DNA of 64,000 nt from Octopus sinensis (lineage: Eukaryota). A program made the position numbers and the translations under genes. Shown here one piece after another: positions 61,969-64,000 of the stretch; position 1 is the stretch's first letter; each line of letters begins with the position of its first letter. The notes under the pieces were generated by a model. That model ran no database searches, was not told the origin of the DNA, and was given only the letters and a program-made list of their open reading frames with translations. The stretch is from the NCBI RefSeq assembly GCF_006345805.1, contig NC_043010.1, forward strand, positions 310,001 through 374,000, written 5' to 3'.

Positions 61969-63473
61969 TACATGTGAGTTCTCTAGACATCCTAGTGTTT
62001 GAGGCTATACTCATGAAGTAATGTAGATAATTAAGTAACATAAACAGATTTCTAAAGTTCATTAAAGTTCTTTAAAGATGATGTACAGTCTTATCACAGA
62101 ATTTTAAAAAAGTTTTGATAGCATCACAGAGAAGGTGACCTAATCCATATGAATTTCCAGAGATATGATGAGGGATTATATACTCACAGAAGACAAATTT
62201 ATCCATTGTTAATTACAACGAGGTGGGTCTCAATTCCTGCTTATTAGCATTACAGAGAGGGTGAATTAATCCTTTGTATAGATGCACAAATTCCAATGGT
62301 GTAGATGTAAATTTCCAGAGAAATGGAGATGAATTTCATATTCACAGGCGATAAATTTTTCAATGGTTGAACACAATGAGGTAGGTATCAATTCTTGTTA
62401 TATGATTAGGTGTTTGCCACATTAATCACATTACTGCTATTCACAAGAGGCTGTAGCTATTTAACTCTTAAAGGCTGAAGGGCTTACTAGAGCGGCCAAG
62501 AATAGAGGAGGGAATAGAAGAAAAGAGAGAAAATAATGGAGGAGGGAGCAAAAAGGGGGGGGGGAAAGGGGGACTAAAAGAGAAGAGAAAAGGAAACAGA
62601 GATAGAAGAAGAAAAAGAAAAAAGAGAAAAGAGAAAGATAGGGAAAGAAGGGAAAAAAGAAAAAGAAAAAAAGAGGTTCTAGTTATACAGAAGAGTTAGT
62701 AGACTGCAAGTCTGGTTTTAAAACCAGACTTGCAGTCTACTAACTCTTCTTATAACTAGAACCCTCTTTTTTCTTTTCTTTTTTTCCCTTCTTTCCCTAT
62801 TTCTTTCTCTTTCTCTTTTTCTTTTTCTTCTTCTTATTCTCTGTTTCCTTTTCTCTTCTCTTTTAGTCCCCCTTTCCCCCCCCCCCCCCTTTTTGCTCCC
62901 TCCTCCATTATTTTCTCTCTTTTCTTCTATTCCCTCCTCTATTCTTGGCCGCTCTAGTAAGCCCTTCAGCCTTTAAAGTTAAATAGCTACAGCCTCTTGT
63001 GAATAGCAGTAATGTGATTAATGTGGCAAACACCTAATCATATAACAAGAATTGATACCTACCTCATTGTGTTCAACCATGAAAAATTTATCGCCTGTGA
63101 ATATGAAATTCATCTCCATTTCTCTGGAAATTTACATCTACACACCATTGGAATTTGTGCATCTATACAAAGGATTAATTCACCCTCCTGTAATGCTAAT
63201 AAGCAGGAATTGAGACCCACCTCGTTGTAATTAACAATGGATAAATTGTCTTCTGTGAGTATATAATCCCTCATCATATCTCTTGGAAATTCATATGGAT
63301 TAGGTCACCTTCTCTGTGATGCTATCAAAACTTTTTTAAAATTCTGTGATATAACTGTACATCATCTTTAAAGAACTTTAATGAACTTAGAAATCTGTTT
63401 ATGTTACTTAATTATCTACATTACTTCATGAGTATAGCCTCAAACACTAGGATGTCTAGAGAACTCACATGTA

Positions 63474-63563
63474 TTTTAGCTGAGAGTACGGGACTCGTTT
63501 ATATGCTGTAATCTTTGCAACTTTTAATAAAACCTGTCCTTGTATGAAACGATCGTACTAAAA
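63474..63563 (+). ncRNA. inverted copy of the same hammerhead with a 1-nt core deletion
   Basis: UUUUAG-CUGAGA-GUACGGGAC..GAAACGAUCGUA-CUAAAA; deletion may be real or a sequencing error. Confidence 0.7.
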
Positions 63564-63593
63564 ACCTATCCATTCTTGTTGCTTCTTTCTCGC

Positions 63594-63631
<38 letters not shown>

Positions 63632-63633
<2 letters not shown>

Positions 63634-63779
63634 CGTTAGGAAGGGCATCCAGCTGTAGAAACACTGCCAGATCTGACTGGCCTGGTGCAGCCTTCGGGCT
63701 CCCCAGACACCAGTTGAACCGTCCAACCCATGCTAGCATGGAAAGCGGACGTTAAATGATGATGATGATGATGATGATA
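63632..63779 (+). mobile_element. RTE 3' tail fragment
   Basis: GCGTTAGGAAGGGCATCCAGCTGTAGAAACACTGCCAGATC...GGACGTTAAAT(GAT)n. Confidence 0.88.
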
Positions 63780-64000
63780 TAGTTAGAAATGGGAAGAAGA
63801 GGATTTAGATTATTCCCATGTGGTGAGTTGTAATGCAAAAAATATATCATAAAAGAAGGAAAATGCACACAGCTTACATAGTTTTAATATATTTTCAATG
63901 AATGAATATCGTGGTTGTCAACCGGTTTCACTTTCCCTAATCATGACATTGAAATTATTGTGATATTTTCTTAAGAAATGAATGAATCAGGCTGAACTTT

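Larger units (their letters stand above)
61728..63593. mobile_element. 5'-truncated copy of the 12840 PLE 3' region arranged as a spacer-less palindrome
   Basis: 61728-62719 matches 12840-13830; 62720-63593 is the reverse complement of 61847-62719; centre CTGGTTTT|AAAACCAG. Confidence 0.93.

Overview
AT-rich animal genomic DNA, most likely octopus (inferred from the single-exon C2H2 zinc-finger genes, the SINE/RTE repeat families and kb-long (TA)n arrays). No prokaryotic features are present. Two intact + strand C2H2-ZNF genes (570 aa with 10 fingers; 241 aa with 5 fingers) lie among decayed transposons: RTE and CR1-group LINEs, tRNA-derived SINEs, Tc1/mariner remnants, MITEs and several Penelope-like elements (PLEs). 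The main unannotated signal is at least nine type I hammerhead ribozyme (HHR) motifs, several degenerate, from about six sequence families. They occur in PLE pseudo-LTRs, in a 552-bp retrozyme-like unit, and in a tRNA-headed SINE-like element that carries an HHR and an inverted copy of its own tail. Four PLE-derived head-to-head fold-back repeats occur, the largest a spacer-less 1.75-kb palindrome. All structures were read by eye; none was computed or tested.
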